DNA of 64,000 nucleotides from the human T2T-CHM13v2.0 reference genome, Homo sapiens, in the NCBI RefSeq assembly GCF_009914755.1, contig NC_060933.1; one strand, written 5' to 3'. Of the stretch, positions 13,001 to 28,500 are shown one piece after another. Made by a program: the position numbers and the translations under genes. Below the pieces are notes generated by a model. It was not told where the DNA came from, made no database searches, and saw only the letters and a program-made list of their open reading frames with translations. Each line of letters begins with the position of its first letter. Position 1 is the first letter of the stretch.

Positions 13001-14535
13001 ATTGCATTCCATTCCATTCCATTCCATTCCATTCCATTCCATTCCGTTGCTTTCCATTCCATTACATTCGGATTGATTCTATTCAACTCCCTTACTCTCC
13101 ATTACATTCCATTCCATTCGGGTTCTTCCATTCCATTCCATTCCATTCCACTCCATTCCATTGCACTCGGGTTGATTCCATTCCATTCCATTCCATTCCA
13201 TTCATTCCGGATGATTCCATTCCATTGCATTCCGTTCCATTACATTCCCCTGCACTCGCGTTGATTCCATTCCATTCCATTCCATTCCATTCAATTCCAT
13301 TCCATTACAATTCGTTCCATTCCATTCTATTCCGTACCATTCCATTCCATTCCATACCATTCCATTCCATTCCATTCCATTCCATTCCGTTCCATTCCGT
13401 TCCATTCCATTCCATTCCATTCTATTCGGGTTAATTCCATTCCATTCCATTCCGTTCCATTCCATTCCATTCCATTCCATTGCATTCCATTCCGGTCCAT
13501 TCCGTTCCATTCCATTCCATTCCATTCTATTCGGGTTAATTCCATTCCATTCCATTCCATTCCATTCCATTCTATTCCATTCCACTGCAATCGAGTTGAA
13601 TCCATTGCATTTCATTCCATTCCATTCCATTCCATTCCAATCAAGTTGATTCCATTCCATTCCTTTCCATTCCATTCCATTCCATTCCATTACAATCGAG
13701 TTGATTCCATTCCATTCCATTCCATTCCAGTCCTTTCCATTCCATTCCACTCGGGTTGATTCCATTCCATTGCATTCCATTCCATTCCATTTCATTCCAT
13801 TCCATTCCTTTCCATTCCATTCCATTCCATTGCAATCGGGTTGATTCCACTCCATTCCTTTCCATTCCATTCCATTGCCTTGCATTCTACTCGGGTTGAT
13901 TCCATTCCCTTCTTTCCACTCCATTACATTCCCTTCCATTCCACTCAGAATGATTGATTCCATTCCATTGCATTCCATTTCATTCCATTGCAATCCATTC
14001 CAATCCATTCCATTCCATTCCATTCCACTCGAGTTGATTTCATTCCATTCCTTTCCATTCCATTCCATTCCTTTCCACTCGAGTTGATTCCATTCCATTC
14101 CATTCCATTGCATTCCATTCCATGCCATTCCACTCGGGTTGATTCCATTCCATTCCATTCCGTTCCATTCCATTCCATTCCATTCCATTCCATTCCATTC
14201 CATTCCTTTCCCCTGCACTCGGGTTGATTCCATTCCTTTCCATTCCATTTAATTCCATTCCATTCCATTCCATTCCATTCCAATCCGTTCCATTCCATTG
14301 CATTCTATTCCATTGCAATCGACTTGATTCCATTCCATTCCATTCCATTCCATTCCATTCCATGCCATTCCACTCGGGTTGATTCCATTCCTTTCCATTC
14401 CATTCGGGTTGAATCCATTCCGCTCCATTCCATTCCATTCGAATCCATTCCATTGCACTCGGGTTGATTCCATTCCATTCCATTCCATTCGATTCCATTC
14501 CATTCCATTCCATTCCGTTCCATTCCATTTCATTA

Positions 14536-17500
14536 CATTCAGATTGATTCTATTCAATTCCCTTACACTCCATTATATTCCAATCCATTCTGGTTGTTTC
14601 CATTCCATTCCATTCCATTTCACTCCATTCCATTGCACTCGGTTTGATTCCATTCCATTCCATTCCATTCCATTCCATTCCGGATGATTCCATTGCATTG
14701 CATTCCATTCCATTCCATTCCCCTGCACTCAGGTTGATTCCATTCCATTCCATTCCACTCCATTCGGTTCTGTTCCATTCCATTCTATTGCATTCCATTC
14801 TATTCGGGTTAATTCCATTCCATTCTATTCCATTCCATTCCATTCCATTCCATTGCAATGGAGTTGATTCCATTCCATTCCATTCCATTCCGGATGATTC
14901 CATTCCATTGCATTCCATTCCATTCCATTACCCTGCACTCGTGTTGATTCCATTACCTTCCATTCCATTCCATTCCGTTCCATTCCATTACATTCCATTC
15001 TATTCCGGTTAATTCCATTCCATTCCGTTCCATTCCATTCCATTCCATTCCATTGTAATCGAGTTGATTCCACTCCATTCCTTTCCATTCCATTCCATTG
15101 CCTTGCATTCCCATCGGGTTGATTCCATTCCCTTCTTTCCACTCCATTACATTCCCTTCCATTCCACTCGGAATGATTGATTCCATTCCATTCCATTCCA
15201 TTTCATTCCGTTGCAATCCATTCCAATCCATTCCATTCCATTCCATTCCACTCGAGTTGATTTCCTTCCATTCCTTTCCATTCCATTAAATTCCTTTCCA
15301 CTCGAGTTGATTCCATTCCCTTCCATTCCATTGCATTCCTTTCCTTGCCATTCAACTCGGGTTGATTCCATTCCTTTGCATTCCATTCCATTCCATTCCA
15401 TTCCATTCCATTCCATTCCATTCCGTTGCATTCCATTCCATTACATTCGGATTGATTCTATTCAACTCACTTACTCTCCATTACATTCCATTCCATTCGG
15501 GTTGTTCCATTCCATTGCATTCCATTCCACTCCATTCCATTGCACTCGGGTTGATTCCATTCCATTCCATTCCATTCCATTCCATTCCGGATGATTCCAT
15601 TCCATTGCATTCCGTTCCATTACATTCCCCTGCACTCGCGTTGATTCCATTCCATTCCATTCCATTCCATTCAATTCCATTCCATTACAATTCGTTCCAT
15701 TCCATTCTATTCCGTACCATTCCATTCCATTCCATACCATTCCATTCCATTCCATTCCATTCCATTCCATTCCGTTCCATTCCGTTCCATTCCATTCCAT
15801 TCCATTCCATTCTATTCGGGTTAATTCCATTCCATTCCATTCCATTCCATTCTATTCCATTCCATTGCAATCGAGTTGAATCCATTGCATTTCATTCCAT
15901 TCCATTCCATTCCATTCCATTCCGGAAGTTTCCATTCCATTGCATTCCATTCCATTCCATTCCCCTGCACTCGCGTTGATTCCATTCCATTCCATTCCAT
16001 TCCATTCCATTCCATTCCATTCCGTTCCGTTCCGTTCCGTTCCTTTCCATTCCATTCCATTCCATTCCATTCCATTCCGTTCCGTTCCATTCCATTCCAT
16101 TCCATTCTATTCGGGTTAATTCCATTCCATTCCATTCGATTGCAATCGTGTTGATTCCATTCCATTCCATTCCATTCCATTCCATTCCATTCCATTCCTT
16201 TCCATTCCATTACGGATGATTCCATTCCATTGCATTCCATTCCATTCCATTCCCCTGTACTCGGGTTGATTCCATTCCATTGCATTCCAATCCATGCCCT
16301 TCCACTCGTGTTGATTCCATTATTTCCATTCCATTCTAGTTGAATCCATTCCATTGCATTCCATTTCATTCGATTCCATTCGATTGCACTCGGGTTGATT
16401 CCATTCCATTGCATTCCATTCCATTCCATTCCGTTCCATTCCATTCCATTACATTCGGATTGATTCTATTCAATTCCCTTACACTCCATTATATTCCATT
16501 CCATTCGGGTTGATTCCATTCCATTCCATTCCATTCCATTCCATTACAATCGAGTTGATTCCATTCCATGCCATTCCATTCCAGTCCTTTCCATTCCATT
16601 CCACTAGGGTTGATTCCATTCTATTAGTTTCCATTCCATTCCATTCCCTTCCATTCCACTCTGGTTGATTCCATTCCTTTCCATTCCACTCGAATACATT
16701 CCCTCCTAATCCACTCGGAACGATTCCATTCCATTCCATTCCATTCCATTCCATTCCATTCCATTCCATTCCATTCCATTCCATTCCATTCCATTCCATT
16801 TCGTTCCATTCCATTCTATTCCGTATCATTCCATTCCATTCCATTCCATTCCATTCCATTCCATTCCATTCCATTCCATTGTACTCGGGTTGATTCCATT
16901 CCATTCCATTCCATTCCATTCGATTCCATTCCATTCCCCTGCACTCGCGTTGATTCCATTCCACTCCATACCATTCCATTCCATTCCATTCCATTCCTTT
17001 CCATTCCATTCCTTTCCATTCCAGTCCTTTCCATTCCATTCCACTCGGGTTGATTCCATTCTATTAGTTTCTATTCCATTCCATTCCCTTCCATTCCACT
17101 CTGGTTGATTCCATTCCTTTCCATTCCACTCGAATACATTCCCTCCTATTCCACTCGGAACGATTCCATTCCATTCCATTCCACTCCATTCCATTCCATT
17201 CCATTCCATTCCATTTCGTTGCATTCCATTCTATTCCGTATCATTCCATTCCATTCCATTCCATTCCATTCCATTCCACTCGTGTTGATTCCATTCCTTT
17301 CCATTCCATTCGGTTTGAAGGCATTCCATTCCATTCCATTCCATTCCATTCCATTCCATTCCATTCCATTCCATTCAATTGTACTCGCGTTGATTCCATT
17401 CCATTGCATTCCATTCCATTCCATTCCATTCCATTCCGTTGCATTCCATTCCATTACATTCGGATTGATTCTATTCAACTCCCTTACTCTCCATTACATT

Positions 17501-20500
17501 CCATTCCATTCGGGTTGTTCCATTCCATTCCATTCCATTCCACTCCATTCCATGGCACTCGGTTTGATTCCATTCCATTCCATTCCATTCCATTCCATTC
17601 CATTCCGGATGATTCCATTCCATTGCATTCCGTTCCATTACATTCCCCTGCACTCACGTTGATTCCATTCCATTCCATTCCATTCCATTCAATTCCATTC
17701 CATTACAATTCGTTCCATTCCATTCTATTCCGTACCATTCCATTCCATTCCATACCATTCCATTCCATTCCATTCCATTCCATTCCGTTCCATTCCGTTC
17801 CATTCCATTCCATTCCATTCTATTCGGGTTAATTCCATTCCATTCCATTCCATTCCATTCCATTCTATTCCATTCCATTGCAATCGAGTTGAATCCATTG
17901 CATTTCATTGCATTCCATTCCATTCCATTCCATTCCGGAAGATTCCATTCCATTGCATTCTATTCCATTCCATTCCCCTGCACTCGCGTTGATTCCATTC
18001 CATTCCATTCCATTCCATTCAATTCCATTCCATTCCGTTCCGTTCCGTTCCATTCCATTCCATTCCATTCCATTCCGTTCCGTTCCATTCCATTCCATTC
18101 CATTCTATTCGGGTTAATTCCATTCCATTCCATTCGATTGCAATCGACTTGATTCCATTCCATTCCATTCCATTCCATTCCATTCCATTCCATTCCATTC
18201 CATTCCTTTCCATTCCATTACGGATGATTCCATTCCATTGCATTCCATTCCATTCCATTCACCTGTACTCGGGTTGATTCCATTCCATTCCATTCCAATC
18301 CTTGCCATTCCACTCGTGTTGATTCCATTCTTTCCATTCCATTCAAGTTGAATACATTCCATTGCATTCCATTCCATTCGATTCCATTCGATTGCACTCA
18401 GGTTGATTCCATTCCATTGCATTCCATTCCATTCCATTCCATTCCATTCCATTCCGTTCCATTCCATTCCATTACATTCGGATTGATTCTATTCAATTCC
18501 CTTACACTCCATTACATTCCATTCCAATCGGGTAGTTTCCAATCCATTCCATTCCATTCCTCTCCATTCCATTGCACTCGGGTTGATTCCATTCCATTGC
18601 ATTCCATTCCATTCCATTCAATTCCATTCCGTTCCATTCCATTCCATTACATTCGGATTGATTCTATTCAACTCCCTTACTCTCCATTACATTTGATTCC
18701 ATTCGGGTTGTTCCATTCCATTCCATTCCATTCCACTGCATTCCATTGCACTCGGGTTGATTCCATTCCATTCCATTCCATTCCGGAAGATTCCATTCCA
18801 TTACATTCCATTACATTCCATTCCCCTGCACTCGCGTTGATTCCATTCCATTCCATTCCATTCCATTCCATTCCATTCCTTTCCGTTCCATTCCATTCCA
18901 TTCCATTCCATTCCATTCCGTTCCGTTCCGTTCCGTTCCGTTCCATTCCATTCCATTCTATTCGGGTTAATTCCATTCCATTCCATTCGATTGCAATCGA
19001 GTTGATTCCATTCCATTCCATTCCATTCCATTCTATTCCATTCCATTCCATTCCTTTCCATTCCATTACGGATGATTCCATTCCATTCCATTGCATTCCA
19101 TTCCATTACATTCCCCTGTACTCGGGTTGATTCCATTCCATTGCATTCCAATCCATGCCCTTCCACTCGTGTTGATTCCATTCTTTCCATTCCATTCAAG
19201 TTGAATCCATTCCATTGCATTCCATTCCATTCGATTCCATTCGATTGCACTCGGGTTGATTCCATTCCATTGCATTCCATTCCATTCCATTCCGTTCCAT
19301 TCTCTTCCATTACATTCGGATTGATTCTATTCAATTACCTTACACTCCATTATATTCCATTCCATTCGGGTTGATTCCATTCCATTCCATTCCATTCCAT
19401 TCCATTCCATTACAATCGAGTTGATTCCATTCCATTCCATTCCATTCCAGTCCTTTCCATTCCATTCCACTAGGGTTGATTCCATTCTATTAGTTTCCAT
19501 TCCATTCCATTCCCTTCCATTCCACTCTGGTTGATTCCATTCCTTTCCATTCCACTCGAATACATTCCCTCCTATTCCACTCGGAACGATTCCATTCCAT
19601 TCCATTCCATTCCATTCCATTCCACTCCATTCCATTCCATTCCATTTCGTTCCATTCCATTCCACTCGTGTTGATTCCATTACTTTCCATTCCATTCGGT
19701 TTGAAGGCATTCCATTCCATTCAATTCCATTCCATTCCATTCCATTCCATTCCATTCCATTCCATTGTATTCGGGTTGATTCAATTCCATTGCATTCCAT
19801 TCCATTCCATTCCGTTGCATTCCATTCCATTTCATTCGGATTGATTGTATTCAAATCCCATACTCTCCATTACATTCCATTCCATTCGGGTTGTTCCATT
19901 CCATTCCATTCCATTCCATTCCATTCTATTCCATTCCATACCATTCCATTCCATTCCATTCCATTCCATTCCGTTCCATTCCGTTCCATTCCATTCCATT
20001 CAATTCTATTCGGGTTAATTCCATTCCATTCCATTCCATTCCATTCCATTCTATTCCATTCCATTGCAATCGAGTTGAATCCATTGCATTTCATTCCATT
20101 CGATTCCATTCCATTCCATTCCGGAAGATTCCATTCCATTGCATTCCATTCCATTCCATTCCCCTGCACTCGCGTTGATTCCATTCCATTCCATTCCATT
20201 CCATTCCATTCCGTTCCGTTCCGTTCCATTCCATTCCATTCCATTCCATTCCATTCCATTCCATTCCGTTCCGTTCCATTCCATTCCATTCCACTCTATT
20301 CGGGTTAATTCCATTCCATTCCATTCGATTGCAATCGAGTTGATTCCATTCCATTCCATTCCATTCCATTCCATTCCTTTCCCCTGTACTCGTGTTGATT
20401 CCATTCCATTCCATTCCAATCCACGCCATTCCACTCGTGTTGATTCCATTCTTTCCTTTCCATTCAAGATGAATCCATTCCATTGCATTCCATTCCATTC

Positions 20501-22515
20501 GATTCCATTCGTTTGCACTCGTGTTGATTCCATGGCATTGCATTCCATTCCATTCCATTCCATTCCATTCCATTCCATTCCATTCCTTTCCATTCCATTC
20601 CATTTCATTCGGATTCATTCTATTCAATTCCCTTACACTCCATTACATTCCATTCCATTCCGGTTGTTCCATTCCATTCCATTCCATTCCACTCCATTCC
20701 ATTGCACTGGGGTTGATTCCATTCCATTCCTTTCCATTCCATTCCATTCCATTCCGGATGATTCCATTCCATTGCATTCCGTTCCATTCCATTCCCCTGC
20801 AGTCGCGTTGATTCCATTCCATTCCATTCCATTCCATTCCATTCCATTCCATTCCATTCCATTGTACTCGGGTTGATTCCATTCCATTGCATTCCATTCC
20901 ATTCCATTCCATTCCATTCCATTCCATTCCATTCCGTTGCTTTCCATTCCATTACATTCGGATTGATTCTATTCAACTCCCTTACTCTCCATTACATTCC
21001 ATTCCATTCGGGTTCTTCCATTCCATTCCATTCCATTCCACTCCATTCCATTGCACTCGGGTTGATTCCATTCCATTCCATTCCATTCCATTCATTCCGG
21101 ATGATTCCATTCCATTGCATTCCGTTCCATTACATTCCCCTGCACTCGCGTTGATTCCATTCCATTCCATTCCATTCCATTCAATTCCATTCCATTACAA
21201 TTCGTTCCATTCCATTCTATTCCGTACCATTCCATTCCATTCCATACCATTCCATTCCATTCCATTCCATTCCATTCCGTTCCATTCCGTTCCATTCCAT
21301 TCCATTCCATTCTATTCGGGTTAATTCCATTCCATTCCATTCCGTTCCATTCCATTCCATTCCATTCCATTGCATTCCATTCCGGTCCATTCCGTTCCAT
21401 TCCATTCCATTCCATTCTATTCGGGTTAATTCCATTCCATTCCATTCCATTCCATTCCATTCTATTCCATTCCACTGCAATCGAGTTGAATCCATTGCAT
21501 TTCATTCCATTCCATTCCATTCCATTCCAATCAAGTTGATTCCATTCCATTCCTTTCCATTCCATTCCATTCCATTCCATTACAATCGAGTTGATTCCAT
21601 TCCATTCCATTCCATTCCAGTCCTTTCCATTCCATTCCACTCGGGTTGATTCCATTCCATTGCATTCCATTCCATTCCATTTCATTCCATTCCATTCCTT
21701 TCCATTCCATTCCATTCCATTGCAATCGGGTTGATTCCACTCCATTCCTTTCCATTCCATTCCATTGCCTTGCATTCTACTCGGGTTGATTCCATTCCCT
21801 TCTTTCCACTCCATTACATTCCCTTCCATTCCACTCAGAATGATTGATTCCATTCCATTGCATTCCATTTCATTCCATTGCAATCCATTCCAATCCATTC
21901 CCTTCCATTCCATTCCACTCGAGTTGATTTCATTCCATTCCTTTCCATTCCATTCCATTCCTTTCCACTCGAGTTGATTCCATTCCATTCCATTCCATTG
22001 CATTCCATTCCATGCCATTCCACTCGGGTTGATTCCATTCCATTCCATTCCGTTCCATTCCATTCCATTCCATTCCATTCCATTCCATTCCATTCCATTC
22101 CATTCCTTTCCCCTGCACTCGGGTTGATTCCATTCCTTTCCATTCCATTTAATTCCATTCCATTCCATTCCATTCCATTCCAATCCGTTCCATTCCATTC
22201 CATTCTATTCCATTGCAATCGACTTGATTCCATTCCATTCCATTCCATTCCATTCCATTCCATTCCATTCCATTTTGTTCCAATCCATTCTATTCCGAAC
22301 CATTCCATTCCAATCCATTCCATTCCATTCCATTCCATTCCATGCCATTCCACTCGGGTTGATTCCATTCCTTTCCATTCCATTCGGGTTGAATCCATTC
22401 CACTCCATTCCATTCCATTCGAATCCATTCCATTGCACTCGGGTTGATTCCATTCCATTCCATTCCATTCGATTCCATTCCATTCCATTCCATTCCGTTC
22501 CATTCCATTTCATTA
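14536..22515 (+). repeat. ~8 kb higher-order repeat, copy 2 (7980 bp)
   Basis: Same ordered markers as copy 1. Matching pseudo-ORFs recur in the track (13875/21765, 15211/23191, 12626/20521). Confidence 0.9.
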
Positions 22516-25500
22516 CATTCAGATTGATTCTATTCAATTCCATTACACTCCATTATATTCCAATCCATTCTGGTTGTTTCCATTCCATTCCATTCCATTT
22601 CACTCCATTCCATTGCACTCGGTTTGATTCCATTCCATTCCATTCCATTCCATTCCATTCCGGATGATTCCATTGCATTGCATTCCATTCCATTCCATTC
22701 CCCTGCACTCAGGTTGATTCCATTCCATTCCATTCCACTCCATTCGGTTCTGTTCCATTCCATTCTATTGCATTCCATTCTATTCGGGTTAATTCCATTC
22801 CATTCTATTCCATTCCATTCCATTCCATTCCATTGCAATGGAGTTGATTCCATTCCATTCCATTCCATTCCGGATGATTCCATTCCATTGCATTCCATTC
22901 CATTCCATTACCCTGCACTCGTGTTGATTCCATTACCTTCCATTCCATTCCATTCCGTTCCATTCCATTGCATTCTATTCTATTCCGGTTAATTCCATTC
23001 CATTCCGTTCCATTCCATTCCATTCCATTCCATTGTAATCGAGTTGATTCCACTCCATTCCTTTCCATTCCATTCCATTGCCTTGCATTCCCATCGGGTT
23101 GATTCCATTCCCTTCTTTCCACTCCATTACATTCCCTTCCATTCCACTCGGAATGATTGATTCCATTCCATTCCATTCCATTTCATTCCGTTGCAATCCA
23201 TTCCAATCCATTCCATTCCATTCCATTCCACTCGAGTTGATTTCCTTCCATTCCTTTCCATTCCATTAAATTCCTTTCCACTCGAGTTGATTCCATTCCC
23301 TTCCATTCCATTGCATTCCTTTCCTTGCCATTCAACTCGGGTTGATTCCATTCCTTTGCATTCCATTCCATTCCATTCCATTCCATTCCATTCCATTCCA
23401 TTCCGTTGCATTCCATTCCATTACATTCGGATTGATTCTATTCAACTCACTTACTCTCCATTACATTCCATTCCATTCGGGTTGTTCCATTCCATTGCAT
23501 TCCATTCCACTCCATTCCATTGCACTCGGGTTGATTCCATTCCATTCCATTCCATTCCATTCCATTCCGGATGATTCCATTCCATTGCATTCCGTTCCAT
23601 TACATTCCCCTGCACTCGCGTTGATTCCATTCCATTCCATTCCATTCCATTCAATTCCATTCCATTACAATTCGTTCCATTCCATTCTATTCCGTACCAT
23701 TCCATTCCATTCCATACCATTCCATTCCATTCCATTCCATTCCATTCCATTCCATTCCGTTCCATTCCGTTCCATTCCATTCCATTCCATTCCATTCTAT
23801 TCGGGTTAATTCCATTCCATTCCATTCCATTCCATTCTATTCCATTCCATTGCAATCGAGTTGAATCCATTGCATTTCATTCCATTCCATTCCATTCCAT
23901 TCCATTCCGGAAGTTTCCATTCCATTGCATTCCATTCCATTCCATTCCCCTGCACTCGCGTTGATTCCATTCCATTCCATTCCATTCCATTCCATTCCAT
24001 TCCATTCCGTTCCGTTCCGTTCCGTTCCTTTCCATTCCATTCCATTCCATTCCATTCCATTCCGTTCCGTTCCATTCCATTCCATTCCATTCTATTCGGG
24101 TTAATTCCATTCCATTCCATTCGATTGCAATCGTGTTGATTCCATTCCATTCCATTCCATTCCATTCCATTCCATTCCATTCCTTTCCATTCCATTACGG
24201 ATGATTCCATTCCATTGCATTCCATTCCATTCCATTCCCCTGTACTCGGGTTGATTCCATTCCATTGCATTCCAATCCATGCCCTTCCACTCGTGTTGAT
24301 TCCATTATTTCCATTCCATTCTAGTTGAATCCATTCCATTGCATTCCATTTCATTCGATTCCATTCGATTGCACTCAGGTTGATTCCATTCCATTGCATT
24401 CCATTCCATTCCATTCCGTTCCATTCCATTCCATTACATTCGGATTGATTCTATTCAATTCCCTTACACTCCATTATATTCCATTCCATTCGGGTTGATT
24501 CCATTCCATTCCATTCCATTCCATTCCATTCCATTACAATCGAGTTGATTCCATTCCATGCCATTCCATTCCAGTCCTTTCCATTCCATTCCACTAGGGT
24601 TGATTCCATTCTATTAGTTTCCATTCCATTCCATTCCCTTCCATTCCACTCTGGTTGATTCCATTCCTTTCCATTCCACTCGAATACATTCCCTCCTAAT
24701 CCACTCGGAACGATTCCATTCCATTCCATTCCATTCCATTCCATTCCATTCCATTCCATTCCATTCCATTTCGTTCCATTCCATTCTATTCCGTATCATT
24801 CCATTCCATTCCATTCCATTCCATTCCATTCCATTCCATTCCATTGTACTCGGGTTGATTCCATTCCATTCCATTCCATTCCATTCGATTCCATTCCATT
24901 CCCCTGCACTCGCGTTGATTCCATTCCTTTCCATACCATTCCATTCCATTCCATTCCATTCCTTTCCATTCCATTCCTTTCCATTCCAGTCCTTTCCATT
25001 CCATTCCACTCGGGTTGATTCCATTCTATTAGTTTCTATTCCATTCCATTCCCTTCCATTCCACTCTGGTTGATTCCATTCCTTTCCATTCCACTCGAAT
25101 ACATTCCCTCCTATTCCACTCGGAACGATTCCATTCCATTCCATTCCACTCCATTCCATTCCATTCCATTCCATTCCATTTCGTTGCATTCCATTCTATT
25201 CCGTATCATTCCATTCCATTCCATTCCATTCCATTCCATTCCATTCCACTCGTGTTGATTCCATTCCTTTCCATTCCATTCGGTTTGAAGGCATTCCATT
25301 CCATTCCATTCCATTCCATTCCATTCCATTCCATTCAATTGTACTCGCGTTGATTCCATTCCATTGCATTCCATTCCATTCCATTCCATTCCATTCCGTT
25401 GCATTCCATTCCATTACATTCGGATTGATTCTATTCAACTCCCTTACTCTCCATTACATTCCATTCCATTCGGGTTGTTCCATTCCATTCCATTCCATTC

Positions 25501-28500
25501 CACTCCATTCCATGGCACTCGGTTTGATTCCATTCCATTCCATTCCATTCCATTCCATTCCATTCCGGATGATTCCATTCCATTGCATTCCGTTCCATTA
25601 CATTCCCCTGCACTCGCGTTAATTCCATTCCATTCCATTCCATTCCATTCAATTCCATTCCATTACAATTCGTTCCATTCCATTCTATTCCGTACCATTC
25701 CATTCCGTTCCATACCATTCCATTCCATTCCATTCCATTCCATTCCGTTCCATTCCGTTCCATTCCATTCCATTCCATTCTATTCGGGTTAATTCCATTC
25801 CATTCCATTCCATTCCATTCCATTCCATTCTATTCCATTCCATTGCAATCGAGTTGAATCCATTGCATTTCATTGCATTCCATTCCATTCCATTCCAATC
25901 CGGAAGATTCCATTCCATTGCATTCTATTCCATTCCATTCCCCTGCACTCGCGTTGATTCCATTCCATTCCATTCCATTCCATTCAATTCCATTCCATTC
26001 CGTTCCGTTCCGTTCCATTCCATTCCATTCCATTCCATTCCGTTCCGTTCCATTCCATTCCATTCCATTCTATTCGGGTTAATTCCATTCCATTCCATTC
26101 GATTGCAATCGACTTGATTCCATTCCATTCCATTCCATTCCATTCCATTCCATTCCATTCCTTTCCATTCCATTACGGATGATTCCATTCCATTGCATTC
26201 CATTCCATTCCATTCACCTGTACTCGGGTTGATTCCATTCCATTCCATTCCAATCCTTGCCATTCCACTCGTGTTGATTCCATTCTTTCCATTCCATTCA
26301 AGTTGAATACATTCCATTGCATTCCATTCCAATCGATTCCATTCGATTGCACTCAGGTTGATTCCATTCCATTGCATTCCATTCCATTCCATTCCATTCC
26401 ATTCCATTCCGTTCCATTCCATTCCATTACATTCGGATTGATTCTATTCAATTCCCTTACACTCCATTACATTCCATTCCATTCGGGTAGTTTCCAATCC
26501 ATTCCATTCCATTCCTCTCCATTCCATTGCACTCGGGTTGATTCCATTCCATTGCATTCCATTCCATTCCATTCAATTCCATTCCGTTCCATTCCATTCC
26601 ATTACATTCGGATTGATTCTATTCAACTCCCTTACTCTCCATTACATTTGATTCCATTCGGGTTGTTCCATTCCATTCCATTCCATTCCACTGCATTCCA
26701 TTGCACTCGGGTTGATTCCATTCCATTCCATTCCATTCCGGAAGATTCCATTCCATTACATTCCATTACATTCCATTCCCCTGCACTCGCGTTGATTCCA
26801 TTCCATTCCATTCCATTCCATTCCTTTCCGTTCCATTCCATTCCATTCCATTCCATTCCATTCCGTTCCGTTCCGTTCCGTTCCATTCCATTCCATTCTA
26901 TTCGGGTTAATTCCATTCCATTCCATTCGATTGCAATCGAGTTGATTCCATTCCATTCCATTCCATTCCATTCCATTCCATTCCATTCCATTCCATTCCT
27001 TTCCATTCCATTACGGATGATTCCATTCCATTCCATTGCATTCCATTCCATTACATTCCCCTGTACTCGGGTTGATTCCATTCCATTGGATTCCAATCCA
27101 TGCCCTTCCACTCGTGTTGATTCCATTCTTTCCATGCCATTCAAGTTGAATCCTTTCCATTGCATTCCATTCCATTCGATTCCATTCGATTGCACTCGGG
27201 TTGATTCCATTCCATTGCATTCCATTCCATTCCATTCCGTTCCATTCTCTTCCATTACATTCGGATTGATTCTATTCAATTCCCTTACACTCCATTATAT
27301 TCCATTCCATTCGGGTTGATTCCATTCCATTCCATTCCATTCCATTCCATTCCATTACAATCGAGTTGATTCCATTCCATTCCATTCCATTCCAGTCCTT
27401 TCCATTCCATTCCACTAGGGTTGATTCCATTCTATTAGTTTCCATTCCATTCCATTCTCTTCCATTCCACTCTGGTTCATTCAATTCCTTTCCATTCCAC
27501 TCGAATACATTCCCTCCTATTCCACTCGGAACGATTCCATTCCATTCCATTGCATTCCATTCCATTCCACTCCATTCCATTCCATTCCATTTCGTTCCAT
27601 TCCATTCTATTCCGTACCATTCCATTCCATTCCATTCCATTCCATTCCATTCCACTCCACTCGTGTTGATTCCATTGCTTTCCATTCCATTCGGTTTGAA
27701 GGCATTCCATTCCATTCAATTCCATTCCATTCCATTCCATTCCATTCCATTCCATTCCATTGTACTCGGGTTGATTCAATTCCATTGCATTCCATTCCAT
27801 TCCATTCCGTTGCATTCCATTCCATTTCATTCGGATTGATTGTATACAAATCCCTTACTCTCCATTCCATTCCATTCCATTCGGGTTGTTCCATTCCATT
27901 CCATTCCATTCCATTCCATTCCTTTCCATACCATTCCATTCCATTCCATTCAATTCCATTCCGTTCCATTCCGTTCCATTCCATTCCATTCCATTCTATT
28001 CGGGTTAATTCCATTCCATTCCATTCCATTCCATTCCATTCTATTCCATTCCATTGCAATCGAGTTGAATCCATTGCATTTCATTCCATTCCATTCCATT
28101 CCATTCCTTTCCGGAAGATTCCATTCCATTGCATTCCATTCCATTCCATTCCCCTGCACTCGCGTTGATTCCATTCCATTCCATTCCATTCCATTCCATT
28201 CCGTTCCGTTCCGTTCCGTTCCATTCCATTCCATTCCATTCCATTCCATTCCGTTCCGTTCCATTCCATTCCATTCCATTCCACTCTATTCGGGTTAATT
28301 CCATTCCATTCCATTCGATTGCAATCGAGTTGATTCCATTCCATTCCATTCCATTCCATTCCATTCCTTTCCCCTGTACTCGGGTTGATTCCATTCCATT
28401 CCATTCCAATCCATGCCATTCCACTCGTGTTGATTCCATTCTTTCCATTCCATTCAAGATGAATCCATTCTATTGTATTCCATTCCATTCGATTCCATTC

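Larger units (their letters stand above)
6661..14535 (+). repeat. ~8 kb higher-order repeat, copy 1 (7875 bp)
   Basis: Marker CATTCAGATTGATTC at 6661 recurs at 14536. Internal single-copy markers occur in fixed order: GGAATGATTGA 7305, CAACTCACTT 7593, GGAAGTTTCC 8064, CATGGCACTC 9661, CATTTGATT 10810, CAAATCCC 11962, CTGCAGTCGCG 12902, CCGGTCC 13492, CAGAATGATTG 13946. Confidence 0.9.
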
